Below are positions 27,103 to 39,709 of a stretch of 64,000 nucleotides of DNA, one piece after another. The translations under genes and the position numbers were made by a program. Source of the stretch: Octopus sinensis (lineage: Eukaryota); contig NC_043006.1 of the NCBI RefSeq assembly GCF_006345805.1, positions 73,718,001-73,782,000 of the forward strand. Reading direction: 5' to 3'. The stretch's first letter is position 1. Every line of letters starts with the position of its first letter. The notes beneath the pieces were generated by a model, which saw only the letters and a program-made list of their open reading frames with translations, had not been told where the DNA came from and ran no database searches.

Positions 27103-27551
27103 AGGCGATGGTGCACCTTATTCGAATGAAGGATATAAGGATTCCTAAGCAGATGCTCTATGGAGAACTTGTGAATGGAAGGAGACTCCGGCAGAAACCA
27201 AGGTTGTGATTTAAGGACTATGTCAAGTCCTCATTAAAGGCCTGTGATATGCAGAACACTGACTGGGAGAACAATGCCTGTCATCGCCACAGATGGAGAA
27301 AGCAGGTTAAGGAGGGGATCGACACTTTTGAGAGAGCACGTATCCAGCATGAAGAACTTAAGCGCACAGCTCGTATATTGAATGGGGAAAGCTTGGTCTG
27401 CAATGTTTGCAGACGTGTATGCTTGTCAAGAGCAGGGCTCATTAGCCACCAACGGAGCCGCAAATGAAAAATATAAGTTAGTTCTAGAGCGCACAACGTT
27501 CCTGAAGGTCGGCAATGGTCTTCCTCGCTCACGAGTGGACGGCCATCATCA
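27095..27551 (+). mobile_element. RTE-clade LINE 3' fragment
   Basis: HLIRMKDIRIPKQMLYGEL...CNVCRRVCLSRAGLISHQRS, 3' UTR ending in a (CAT)n tail. Confidence 0.85.
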
Positions 27552-27555
27552 TATA

Positions 27556-27630
<75 letters not shown>

Positions 27631-27663
27631 TGATCAAAATAAAAACATGATGCGAAGGATTCA

Positions 27664-27741
27664 GCGGTACATATGTTTCGGGCCTTTATTAGACAGATTT
27701 ATAACAATGCATAATGTATGTCTGTGGCCTTCTTCAGCCGC
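27664..27741 (-). ncRNA. Type I hammerhead ribozyme motif (long stem II)
   Basis: Minus strand GCGG-CUGAAGA-A GGCC...GGCC C-GAAAC-AUAU-GUA-CCGC: 4 bp GC stem I, intact core, palindromic stem III ACAUAUGU, GUA site between 27668 and 27667; 10.1-11.1 is A.C. Confidence 0.75.
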
Positions 27742-28219
27742 GCACAACAGCTTCCACAAGGACATGTGTTACATCAAAAATTCTTGGTTGGGGATGCAAA
27801 TCCTCTCATTCACGTACGACATAATGCGGCAGCAGCATAGAATTGAAGCGTCCATCTCTTTCTTCTCTCAATGTAGAATGAGGAAAATTGGATGTTGAGG
27901 TAATGTAAATAAATAAATACATATATAGAGGTGATATAATACCAAAAAGGGTACGGGCGCCGCTATATATATGTATATGTAAAAAAATACAAACTGGGAT
28001 AAGAACGCAAAACATTTAGAAGACGATACAAAAAACACGGACGGGACATTCGAAGCCTTCAATCTCTCAGTCAAGAACCGGATCATCCTCGCAATTTCGG
28101 CTGATTAATCTTGAGATTGCTCCGACCTGGCCAGCCCCAAAGGAAAATCTAAGCCAAGCGCATTAGATTCCTTGGAAGAAAGCCTCGAATGTATACAAAA
28201 CAAGGACGGGAAAACGGAC

Positions 28220-28920
28220 GATGTTACACGAATAAGGTCTCTGATATTGCTAGAGGCTGTGAGCGGTTACCCTGAAGGAAGAGAGTATGGCTGTTTTAGT
28301 GAGGAATTTCTTCCAAAATGCATCAGCTCAAATTTTCCCTCATTCAGTTGCATTTTGTTTCTGTCTGCCCATTGACTCACAGCATATAGATCCGACTGGA
28401 GTTGAGTTCGGTCTGCTTCTTTATTGACGATTTGCTGGAGCTTAGTGTTATCAGCAAATATTTTCACTTTGCAGTAATATACGACACTGGAAAGGTCGTT
28501 TATGTAAATTATGGAGAGTAGCGGACCCAAGACAGTCCCCTGGGGAACACCGCTGGTGACTTTTGCTGGGCTTCAGTGGACTCCATCAACTACAACATGT
28601 TGTGTTCTATTCGCCAGGAAATACTTAATCCAGTGTAGAAGTTTTCCACGGATTCCAACATTTGCCAATTTTGAAAGTAGGATATTATGGTCTACCCTGT
28701 CGAACGCTTTACTGAAGTCAAGATATATGACGTCAGAGTTCGAACCTGTTCCCAAGGCTTTGAGTACATCTTCAATGTGGTGTAAGAGCTGTGTTAGACA
28801 GTCCCTGCTACAGCGAAAGCCATGCTGATTTGCATTTAGGAGTGTGTAGGTCTCCAGGAAGTCAGCTATCCTTGATCTTAACACTCTTTCAAACACTTTA
28901 ATGATGTGGGAGGTGAGTGA
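28220..28920 (-). pseudogene. CR1/L2-group LINE reverse transcriptase fragment
   Basis: SLTSHIIKVFERV...NQHGFR...YLDFSKAFDRVDH...GVPQGTVLGPLL...YINDL...FADNTK, with in-frame stops. Confidence 0.9.
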
Positions 28921-29707
28921 GATATACTACAGAGAATAACAGAATGCAACTTGTTAATGTTTCGATTATTCATTTCTATTACAGCCGTTTTATGGACAAA
29001 TAATATAACGAGGCTCAATGAATAATGGGATATTATAATCGATTAGAGCTACTGTAGACACATCATCAGAAATAACGTGCCAAACCATGGGATGAGGAGA
29101 AAGGGAAGAGGGTTGAGGTGGGTGTCGACAATAAGACGGGCAGTTAGAGATATAAATCGTGTCAAAAAGGAAAACATTGGTGCAGGTAAGGGGTCAGAAT
29201 CATCAGAAAGTACAAAAAGAAAAGAGGTTAGTAGGATAACCTGACTCGGATGGAGAAGAGACAAGAAACAAGATAAAAGCAATGTTTATGATGTGTCAGG
29301 ACTGGTTTAGATAAGAGGATAATAAATGCGATGTATACTGAAGGCTATAAACCAAGAACCAGGCATTGCCTAAAAGTGTGTGGTTCTTGGGAAGTGGGTA
29401 GGCAGGACATTTTCACATGACGGCTATTTAGACAAATGTTTTGTCAGTGCGACCCACCCACATGGAAGTGTGTGCAGACACAGACAAAGGCAGATATATA
29501 CGCAGTGATGAGTGTGCTCATACATACGTATGCATACAAACATATATAAACACACTAATACAGGATGTACTATATGTGGCCCTTACACTACATAATGAAC
29601 CGATACTGTATGCCTATTGTTCTCCCGGATCTATTATCTCCGAGGCTTTAAAGTACATACTCTTCAGAGCCGCATAGTTATAGGGAAATGTGCTGCATGT
29701 GCTTCCA

Positions 29708-29743
<36 letters not shown>

Positions 29744-29817
29744 CACACACACACACACACACACATACACACACACATACATATGTATATATTCGTATCT
29801 ATCTATCTATGTATCTG

Positions 29818-29912
<95 letters not shown>

Positions 29913-29928
29913 CTATCTATCTATCTAT

Positions 29929-30472
29929 GAGCCATTTTCATCGTACCTGTGGCTATGGAGAAAGAATGTAAATGGTGGACACTTTCCTCTCTGGTCAATC
30001 TCTCATCAACTTCTTCAAGTATCACTTGAAGAGGAAGGTGAGCGTAGAGAGGGAATTTTTGTCTAGTGAATGTTTCAAAAAAGAGATGGGTGAATGTAGC
30101 AAGGAATACACGTGTGAATGATGGAGCCACCTTGATAATAATCCTACGAACGAAAAGGATATAAAAAACGAAAGGAAAATAGGGAGCCACTTACTGTAAT
30201 GTGTTTTCTTTTTGCATGGTACTATTGCCCAAGGTTCCCGTGATCTTTTCCTTAGGCGTTTCTATCCACGGACAAACCTAATCTGTTATTCCTTTTTACA
30301 TTGACATTTCTGTGATACACGATCCCTAATGATCGTCCCCACCTTTTTTTATCCACGATACTTTTTGATCTGAATCCCCCCCCCCATTTTCCTTCTCTTC
30401 TTCCCAAAAAGAAAAGCTCTACTTTGTATTTTGTCACTTCTGTGTTTAGCCCTGCGTGGCCAATAAAGAAAT
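29929..30472 (+). mobile_element. L1/Tx1-like LINE, 5'-truncated 3' end, embedded in (TATC)n
   Basis: AIFIVPVAMEKECKWWT...TFLSGQSLINFFKYHLKRKVSVEREFLSS..RWVNVAR (resembles Tx1 ORF2 C-termini); 3' UTR ends CCAATAAAGAAAT; (TATC)n on both sides. Confidence 0.6.
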
Positions 30473-30946
30473 CTATCTATCTCTCTATCTATCTGTCTGT
30501 CTAATGTAATATAAACCAACACTTCTCCAAGACTTAAAATGTTACTTGCTTTTAACTGGAAAATCGTCAATAGAATTGATCGGAATAGAATCTCTTTGAA
30601 ATAACTTAAACTCTTTACCCCGAACACCGTCATTACTTAAGTTCTGTATTAAAACAACAACAAAAATGTATTTTCGAACGAGCAGAACGTGGTCTTAAAC
30701 ACTGTGGAAATATAAAGATAACTTACTTTTCTGTTTGACATTTAGATTTGTAAAGATGCGTGCTAACATCAAATTTTGTTTACTTTAACCACTCCAGCGG
30801 CGTTTATAAGGAGACTAACAGCCAACTTTATATATTTTGTGAATTATATAATTGTCTTGAGTTTGTTTCAGCCATCATTGCAAAGACTATGACAAACCAC
30901 CACTGTATAAGTATGCATATATGTATATATGTATGAATGCATATAC

Positions 30947-31228
30947 TCTTTTACTTGTTTCAGTCATTTGACTGTGGTCATGCTGGAGCACCGCCTTTAG
31001 TCGAGCAAATCGACCCCAGGACTTATTCTTTGTAAGCCTAGTATTTATTCCATTGGTATATATACATATATACGACAGGCTTCTTTCAGTTTCCGTCTCT
31101 CAAATCCACTCACAAGGCTTTGGTCAGCCCGAGGCTATAGTAGAAGATACTCGACCAAGTTACCACGCAGTGGAAATGAACCCGGAACCATGTGGTTGGT
31201 AAGCAAGCTACTTACCACACAGCCACTC
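30947..31228 (-). mobile_element. SINE family A with internal deletion
   Basis: Reverse complement of family head and tail; middle segment missing near 31050. Confidence 0.85.
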
Positions 31229-31235
31229 CTGTGCC

Positions 31236-31267
<32 letters not shown>

Positions 31268-31629
31268 TGTATGTATGTATGTATGTATGTATGTATGAAT
31301 GAATGTATGTGTGTGTATATATATATATATGTATGTATGTATGCATATGATTGTGTGTCTATATATGTATGTATGAGGGTGTCTGTGTGCCTCGCTGTCT
31401 CTCTCTTACTCTCTTTCCCTCCCTCTTTCTCTCTCTCAATCTATATTATGTATTTAAAAGGCACATAACATGTCTTTAAATGCTAATTAAAGTTTCATAT
31501 GTTGAGAAATTCTCAAACATATTCTTCAGGCACAAACCACATATCAATATTTATCTCTCACCAGATGCATTACTCTTTTTGTTCAATTTTCTATCACGGA
31601 ACAGTTCATTATATATATTCTGTTACTAT

Positions 31630-31930
31630 TTTATTCTTTTATTTGTTTCAAGCGATGGTGGGGACAAAAACAGACACAAACTCCCAAATATATACACACA
31701 CACACACACACACTCTCTCTCTCTCTATCACACACACACAAAGACACACACACACATATATATATATGTGACGAGTTTCTTTCAGTTTCTGTATACGAAA
31801 TCCGCTCACAAGGCCTTGGTCAACCTTAGGCTATTATACTGAAAGACACTTGTCTAAGGTATAACACAGTGGGACTGAACCCGGAACCATGTGGTTGGGA
31901 AGCAAGCTTCTTATCACACAGCCACTCCTG
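31630..31930 (-). mobile_element. SINE family A, 5' two-thirds
   Basis: Reverse complement of GCAGGAGTGGCTGTG... head and body. Confidence 0.8.
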
Positions 31931-32029
31931 CGGTGATATTTTTGCTGCTTTTTAATGAAGCATATTGCTCTACCTCTGTTATTCGAATACTATTATTTCC
32001 ACCCTCTTTTGTATTTATGTGCTTACTCT

Positions 32030-32060
<31 letters not shown>

Positions 32061-32066
<6 letters not shown>

Positions 32067-32395
32067 CCCCTTTCGGTCATGAATGACCATGGGATTGCAC
32101 CTAGAAAGTTATTCTCCGAGGCACGAGTCCGGGCAATGTTGTTAGTGGAAGATCAGCAGCCACCCATGCATACCAGCCTCCCCGCTCCACACCACTGATG
32201 TTATCCAAGGAAAAAAACAATGGCCGATACAGTTTGGCAGCAGTGATATCGCAACTGAGTTAAAGGGAGCAACGTTAAATAAAGTGTCTTGTTCAATTGT
32301 TCAAGAACACGACGCGCAGCCCGGTCCGGGAATCGAACTCACAACCTCCCGATCGTAACCTTCGACGCTCTAACCACTGAGCTATGTGCCTTCAC
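32061..32395 (-). mobile_element. SINE family C, full length
   Basis: Reverse complement of 41686-42015; tRNA-like head AGCTCAGTGGTTAGAGCGTCG. Confidence 0.85.
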
Positions 32396-32400
32396 TATGT

Positions 32401-32455
<55 letters not shown>

Positions 32456-32479
32456 TATATAATATATATATATATATAT

Positions 32480-32543
<64 letters not shown>

Positions 32544-33537
32544 CTGTGCATGTATGTCTAAGTGTGTTGGCATGTGTAAGCGTGTGTTGTGGTGTGGTGT
32601 GCTGGTGGTGTTTTGAGCAGCTTTGGCAATTTATGTAGAGAAAATATTATTTCGGGGTAGCTAATAAATGTTTTGTTTTTATTAATACACTGAAAAGAGC
32701 AAAACAATTTATCGGCGTTAGTAAATGCCCAATGTCTATATTTCTCGGTTGCTGAAATATTTACGTCAAGAATACTGAGATTTCAGGATGATCATTTCAG
32801 AATATCGGTTTACATTAATAGTTAATGCCGACAGCAATCATAATTAAAGCAGGATTCTTGTAGAGAATAAGTGTGAGCCAAGGTAATGTAAACGTAGTAG
32901 AAATTGTTTAGATGTTAGAAATGTATTATCTTACACTGTGAATATTGGGGTTAAATTTATCATATTCAGGATGTTGAAATTGTTTGTTTGCTAACGATAT
33001 TCTGAATTAAATTCCATAGAAATATTAAAGAGAGGTAAAAATAAATAAATATGTTGAATTCTTCATTTTAGTAAACATAATGTTTTCATCTCCTTATTGA
33101 TTGCAAGTAATTAATTGTATTGCGTAATCTCTCTAAAATATTGAAACAATAACATTTCAAGATTCAAGAATTTTTCTTGTAGAAAGATCTAAAAATTACA
33201 AGCCACAGAATGTATTTGTCTTTACCGCAGCAGCTACCACTTTTCGACGAAAGAAATTTATCATAGCGACCAAAAATGTTTGCCTAACATTTTCATTGCT
33301 GGATTAGGAACACTGTTCACCCTCTGTGTGAAGAAGTTACACGTCATGTAAGAAACACTGAAATAGATTCCAATATTTTAGAGCTTCACGACTGAATAAG
33401 AGGAACGTGTGTTCTGAAGATTAAAGTTCTCGAAACGAAGAATTACAGGTAAGGACTGGAGTAAAGAAGAACAATATGGAAAGTAAGAAGTATAAACGCT
33501 TTACAAAGGAAAGGAAGATGAGGAAAATTAATTATAT

Positions 33538-33938
33538 AGGCGCAGGAGTGGCTGTGTGGTATGTAGCTTGCTTAACAACCACATGGTTCCGGGTTCATTC
33601 CCACTGCGAGACACCTTGGGAAAGTGTCTTCTAATATAGCCTCGGGCCGACCAAAGCCTTGTGAGTGGATTTGGTAGACGGAAACTGAAAGAAGCCCGTC
33701 GTATATATGTATATATATATGTGTGTATATGTTTGTGTGTCTTTGTCCCCCAACATCGCTTGACAACCGATGCTGGTGTATTTACGTCTCCGTAACTTAG
33801 CGATTCGACAAAAGAGACCGATAGAATAAGTACTAGGCTTACAAAGAATAAGTCCTGGGGTCGATTTGCTTGACTAAAGGCGGTGCTCCAGGATGGCCGC
33901 AGTCAAATGACTGAAGCAAGTTAGAGAGTAAAAGAGTA
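33538..33938 (+). mobile_element. SINE family A, full length
   Basis: GGCGCAGGAGTGGCTGTGTGG head to AGAGTAAAAGAG tail. Confidence 0.9.
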
Positions 33939-35754
33939 TATTCTGAGGACTAGTATTTTTTTAATATTTTGCTGGAGTCCTAGGACTTATAAAGTCGGTT
34001 GCCGAGTTTCCAGGGCATATAAGTGACGGGCATCACAACATTTAACTGAACGGGACGCCTGTTCGTTACAGGATCCAAGATCAGTAACTTTGAGGGTATG
34101 GGACAAGTCGATTACATCGACCCCTACACTTCACTGGTATTTTATTTTTCCGAAGGTGAAGAATAAATGAAAAGTAAAGTTAACCTCAGCGGGATTTGAA
34201 TTCAGAACATAAAGAGGCAGGAAAATGAATTATCGTTTTGATCGACGTGCTAGCGACGGTGGCAGCTAGCCACCTATAGTCTATTATAAAAACAAGTAAA
34301 ATATAAAATGAATGTAATAGAACGCTGACCAAATTTACAGTATGACTGAGTTTATGAAAGTGATGGCTTCATCTTGAATTTAATCTTGGAAAAGAATAGT
34401 TCGAAGCGAAATTTACCTGGTTGCGTAAAGAGTGTTGGTGAAAATGGCGTACTTGAAACGATTAAAGAAACGCGTATATTTGTGAAAGCATGAAGAAAGA
34501 TTAAGGTATAAATATAGTAACGGAAAAGTTAGGGAAGAAAACTTTATGTAGATTAACTAAAAGTATATGAAATCCTGTTAGGCTTGAAAGGTAACTGATA
34601 AAGAGATAGTATTTCTGTAGGTGTTAAGTTTGTTTTTTCTGCTCATAGTATTCACCTTTAATATTTCAATATTTTCTTCAATGTTTTTTCCTCTTACTGT
34701 TTTCTCTCATCTCTGCAAAACAAACACTGTATGTTAATCATTTCTTATGATCTTGGAACGATATACTTTGTAACTATCTCTTCCATATATTCTATTCTAT
34801 GCGCAACTTGTATCATAGACTTACGGAAACAGCCTTTAGGACATACGCAACACAATAGGCAGTGCTATGCACTTTCTACAGCATTCCATTTCTGTTAATA
34901 TTAAACAAAAAAAGAAGATAAGAAAAACGAAAACTATATGGATTGCATCAATGCTAGATATATTTGTGTTATTGATAACAAGCACCAGAAATATTTACTG
35001 GATACATTGAAAAACAAAACGACTTTTATATCTATAGTAGCATACTCTTGAGTCAATGTTTTTTGCAATGGTTTTAACTTCAAAGACTTGTTTGTTATTC
35101 GGTATATTCATAGCTTTTTATAACCAGAAACTACCCTTTAAAATTACTTCAAGAAAAAAAAGACGATATTATTTTGTAACGAATGAAAATTAAAATTTAC
35201 TGACAAGAGATAAATATGAAAGTTTGACTGTAATGCTTTTCTCCGAAAAATTAAATGTACAAGGCTAATATTTGCTGGAGATGGATATAGTCAACAAATT
35301 CAGTATTATATGTTAGTGATCTTAACTAAACCAGTGAATGTGATGAACCGGCAAAATCATGAGAGCGTTGGAAAAAAAGTATTTTGTAGTATCTCTTACG
35401 ATTCTTCACATTCTGATTTCAAATCCCTCTGGAGTCATCTTTGCTTTTCTTAGTTTCAGGGTCCATAGAATTAAGTTGCTTTCACGTGCTAGATTCGATA
35501 GTACTGCCTAGCTCGTCGCCCAGCAAAGCATCTCGTCTTCTTTCTAAATCAGAAGGCATTAATAAATATAGCCACTGACGGAATTTGAACTCAGAATGTC
35601 CAACTATGTAAAAGATATTGCATTGTCCCGATAGAAGTACTTAGATTCATCTGCCCTGTGAATGGTATTGATTTTTAGCTAAGACACAAAACCAAAAATC
35701 ATACCTCAACGTTCGATAATATTAATCTATCTATCTATCTATCTATCTATGTTT

Positions 35755-35844
35755 CTATTTTTCCCCTTCTCTTCTTCCTAAAAAGAAAAGCTCTACTTTC
35801 TATTTTGTCCCTTCTGTGTTTAGCCCTGCGTGGCCAATAAATAA

Positions 35845-35846
<2 letters not shown>
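35755..35846 (+). mobile_element. Extreme 3' end of the same Tx1-like LINE, embedded in (TATC)n
   Basis: Matches ~30385-30472; (ATCT)n at 35725-35750 and from 35846. Confidence 0.75.
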
Positions 35847-35918
<72 letters not shown>

Positions 35919-36399
35919 GTCTATCTATCTATCTGTGTATCTGTCTATTTGTCTGTCGGTCTGTCTATCTGTCTGTGTCTATTTCTCTCTTTCTGTTACT
36001 CACTCTCTCATTCACTCTCTCTTTCTCTCTATTTATGTATACATGCATACACACACCATACCCATGAAGGTACACGACTCTACACGAACTTTGAGGTCCA
36101 TCTTTTCTATTTAATTCACAGACATTATATACGCACACTCATACACAGCTGCACATATAACACAGGTACATACACACATATAATATATATATATATATAC
36201 ATATGTATAAAGTTAAATCATTCACACACACACGCATACGCGCGCGCACATACACACACATACACACACATACGCGCGCGAGCACACACACATACACACA
36301 CACACAGGTAGTCCTGTTGATTAATCTTAAGAATTTATTCATACATATGCAGACACTAACAATTTTCCCTCACCACGCTCACAAATAACGTACATACCT

Positions 36400-36440
<41 letters not shown>

Positions 36441-37326
36441 CATACATCAAATCTCCGTTTTCAAGTAGGACACATTTGATAATGTAATCCAGAGTAATTT
36501 ATTGGAGAAAAAGCACAGCAGCAAAATGCAAACCATCAAAGTCTTGTGTTCAATGACTTCGATAACAGACGTTTGCACAACTTAGAACTAATGGAAAGCA
36601 ACAACATTAACCCTGTAGTAGAATGCGTCATTAATATTTGTCATTTTTTGTCATTTTGTCGTCAACTAATTCCGTCCCGGACATGGTGATGGTGTTAGAA
36701 TAAGGTACTACAATTTTATGGTTGGATGGACGGTATTACCTCCGAAATTCCTAGTCGGACACGATACCTTTCTAATATTATGGATGTGTTAAGCATAGCC
36801 GTATACTACGTCACTGCAAAGAATTATCCCATCTTGTGATAGTAGAATAATAAGTAACTCCAGAGTATGCTAGAATCGCCTTGCAGTCAAATTTGACGTG
36901 GATGACGGGAATATATATGAATATATGAATGATGTAATGCTCTCGGAAGGAAGGAAGGAAATATATTTTTGTTGTTGTTTGAATAAAGGATGTTTTGCAT
37001 ACGAAGTGTAAAGCAAAACTAAACAAAAGAATGGGACTAATGTTGCACAGCACCACTGCAATTATCTATAAACAGTTGCAGATTGGTTTTTCTTATATTT
37101 CAAAGGGAATATTGTAGGTTTCAAGTATTGAAAGGTGATATATCTTAAGCTAATAGAGAGAGACAGAAAAAACATAACAAAAGTAAGGATTCATGGAAAT
37201 ATCATTCATTCTGGATGTTATATATGCATAATTATATGTATATGCACATGAATATGAATACATGAATACACGTACATGTATAGATGTGTATATAAAAGAT
37301 GTGTTTATATGATATAGACATACATG

Positions 37327-37370
<44 letters not shown>

Positions 37371-37448
37371 GATACATACATATATATATATGTGTGTATA
37401 TATATGTATATATATATGTATATGTATGTATACATACATAATACATAT

Positions 37449-37479
<31 letters not shown>

Positions 37480-37593
37480 CATATACATAGATAGATACAT
37501 ACATACATACATATATATATATGTGTTTATATATATGTATATATATATATATATGTATGTGTATGTATACATACATAATACATATATACATAC

Positions 37594-37658
<65 letters not shown>

Positions 37659-38254
37659 CATACATATATACAGAGAGAGTATAACGGAGAGGGAGAGAAG
37701 GAATCAAAGAAAAATAGTGGGGTAGATAGGGACGGAACGGAGGGGAGGGTTAGAGGGCGGGCAAATTGACTGCAAAAACAGAAGTTAAGTGTACTCAATA
37801 CATAATGTAGAGCATATATGTTAATTATATATTAAGACTCCCTTTTCCAGTGTTGTGATTAGAAGATTCATTTTGCTGATGATCGCACAACGAAGAATAC
37901 TACCTCAATCATTTTATTTGTAAGGCAGAAAAATTCCCTATTTTCACAAACAACACGTTCTCTCTTTCTCTCACTCTCTCTCTCTCTCACACACACACTT
38001 GCACACACTCACGCATACGTACACTCACCCACACACACTCCCAGACACACGCATACATACACATACACATATATACTTAAATGTATATAAAAATGTATGT
38101 AAACATATATATGGGTATATATATGTATGCATACATACACACATAGGTGGATGTATATATATTTGCATATATATATATATACATGTGTATATATATATAT
38201 GTATCTCTCTCTCACTATATATATATATATGTATATATATATTTTGATATATAT

Positions 38255-38311
<57 letters not shown>

Positions 38312-38313
<2 letters not shown>

Positions 38314-39193
38314 CAATAATAGCAAAGGGTAAAATTAATTAATTAATTAACTAGTAATCAATAATTTCAGCAAGTAGAATTCGGCATGAAAAAGGAGCAT
38401 TTCACGGTAAACTTAAGTAATACTTTATAATAGGGTTCAGCAAAGATTTGCTTTACCACATACCGAAGTTTAGAAATAGCAGCCAAAGAACCTTAATAAT
38501 TTCCTCTACTTTAAAAAGAGACTCCCGGAAAAAAACAAAGTACTCGAAAACAATCCACGCAGGCAGATAGGAAAAAATAACGAAAATCAATCGATATTTG
38601 ATTACCCATTTACCGTGAAATGGTCCTTTTTCATGCCGAATTCTACTTGGTGAAATTATTGATTACTAGTTAATTAATTAATTTTAACATTTGTTATTAT
38701 TGATAATATAATTTTCTCCCTGACAATAAACTACAGATTTTTTCTGTAGTATTTTACTTGGCGACACGTGTGGATGGGCAGGAGAACATGATGGACCTCA
38801 TTCGTATATTTTAAACTCAGCGGTATTGACGTTGAATATGATCTGTCTGTTACTGTTAGTTGGAGAGATGTGTTCAATTCTTCCAGTGTCTTCGAATTTA
38901 ATATTTTTAATATTTAATTTTATGAAGTCCCATGCTGATGAAGAAAATGTTCGGGTAAAGTATAAATTATACATTCTTTATACTGATCTAATTCCGAAAC
39001 GCGTACATGGGTAATCAAATATCGATTGATTTTCGTTATTTTTCCTCTCTGCCTGCGTGGATTGTTTTCGAGTACTTTGTTTTTTTTCCCGGGAGTCTCT
39101 TTTTAAAGTAGAGGAAATAGCTAAGGTTCTTTGGCTGCTATTTATAAACTTCGGTATGTGGTAAAGCAAATCTTTGCTGAACCCTATTATAAA

Positions 39194-39195
<2 letters not shown>
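38312..39195. repeat. Nested inverted-repeat complex, PLE-like (38312-38411 vs 38610-38704; 38421-38609 vs 39007-39195)
   Basis: Both pairs verified as reverse complements with a few substitutions; bounded by (TA)n on both sides. Confidence 0.85.
38929..39011 (+). ncRNA. Type I hammerhead ribozyme motif (long stem II)
   Basis: CCCAUG-CUGAUGA-[54 nt]-GAAAC-GC-GUA-CAUGGG: perfect 6 bp stem I, intact core, palindromic stem III ACGCGU, cleavage after 39005; 10.1-11.1 is A.C. Confidence 0.8.
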
Positions 39196-39259
<64 letters not shown>

Positions 39260-39369
39260 AATAGTAAAAAGTGAAAAAACTACAGAAGGCTTAAGGTTAA
39301 AACATATATATATTTGCGTCAACATGTCTGAAGAATATTAAACATTTTTCTTACAATGACATAGTTTAG

Positions 39370-39408
39370 AAGAAAGACCGGTTTCGCGTTTAGCTTTTCA
39401 AATTTCTT
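39370..39408 (-). ncRNA. Mirror copy of the minimal U3-A8 hammerhead-like motif
   Basis: Reverse complement of 39475-39512 with one extra A in stem I. Confidence 0.45.
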
Positions 39409-39474
39409 ACGACGTTATGTTTATGTTGGACAGAGCTATCGCGATAACTCTGTCCAACATAAACATAACGTCGT

Positions 39475-39512
39475 AAGAATTTGAAAAGCTAAACGCGAAA
39501 CCGGTCTTTCTT
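39475..39512 (+). ncRNA. Minimal hammerhead-like motif, U3-A8 core variant
   Basis: AAGAA-U-UUGAAAA-GC-UAAAC-GC-GAAAC-CG-GUC-U-UUCUU; palindromic stem III ACCGGU; U.U at the base of stem I. Confidence 0.5.
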
Positions 39513-39665
39513 CTAAACTATGTCATTGTAAGAAAAACTTTTTTAATATTCTTCAGACATGTTGACGCAAATATATATATATTTTTAACCTTTAAGCCTT
39601 CTGTAGTGTTTTCACTTTTTACTATTTTCTATATATTCAACCACGTGCTTTCACAAACCGACTTT

Positions 39666-39707
<42 letters not shown>

Positions 39708-39709
<2 letters not shown>

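Larger units (their letters stand above)
39251..39636. repeat. Spacerless near-perfect palindrome (~190 bp arms, centre 39441/39442)
   Basis: Centre TATCGCGATA; arms differ at only a handful of positions. Confidence 0.95.

Noticed and set aside
29049-29190. Purine-rich segment ending in CAG/GTAAGG
   Set aside because: No acceptor plus open frame with a recognisable product.
33182-33448. Possible exon (TTTTTCTTGTAG acceptor, CAG/GTAAGG donor)
   Set aside because: All three frames contain stops; a non-coding exon cannot be supported without RNA data.
34440-34490. GAAACGCGTA (HHR 3' half)
   Set aside because: No CUGANGA or complementary stem I upstream.
36680-37060. Unique-looking sequence with short ORFs
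   Set aside because: ORFs are 81 aa or less, with no recognisable domain or splice-site pair.
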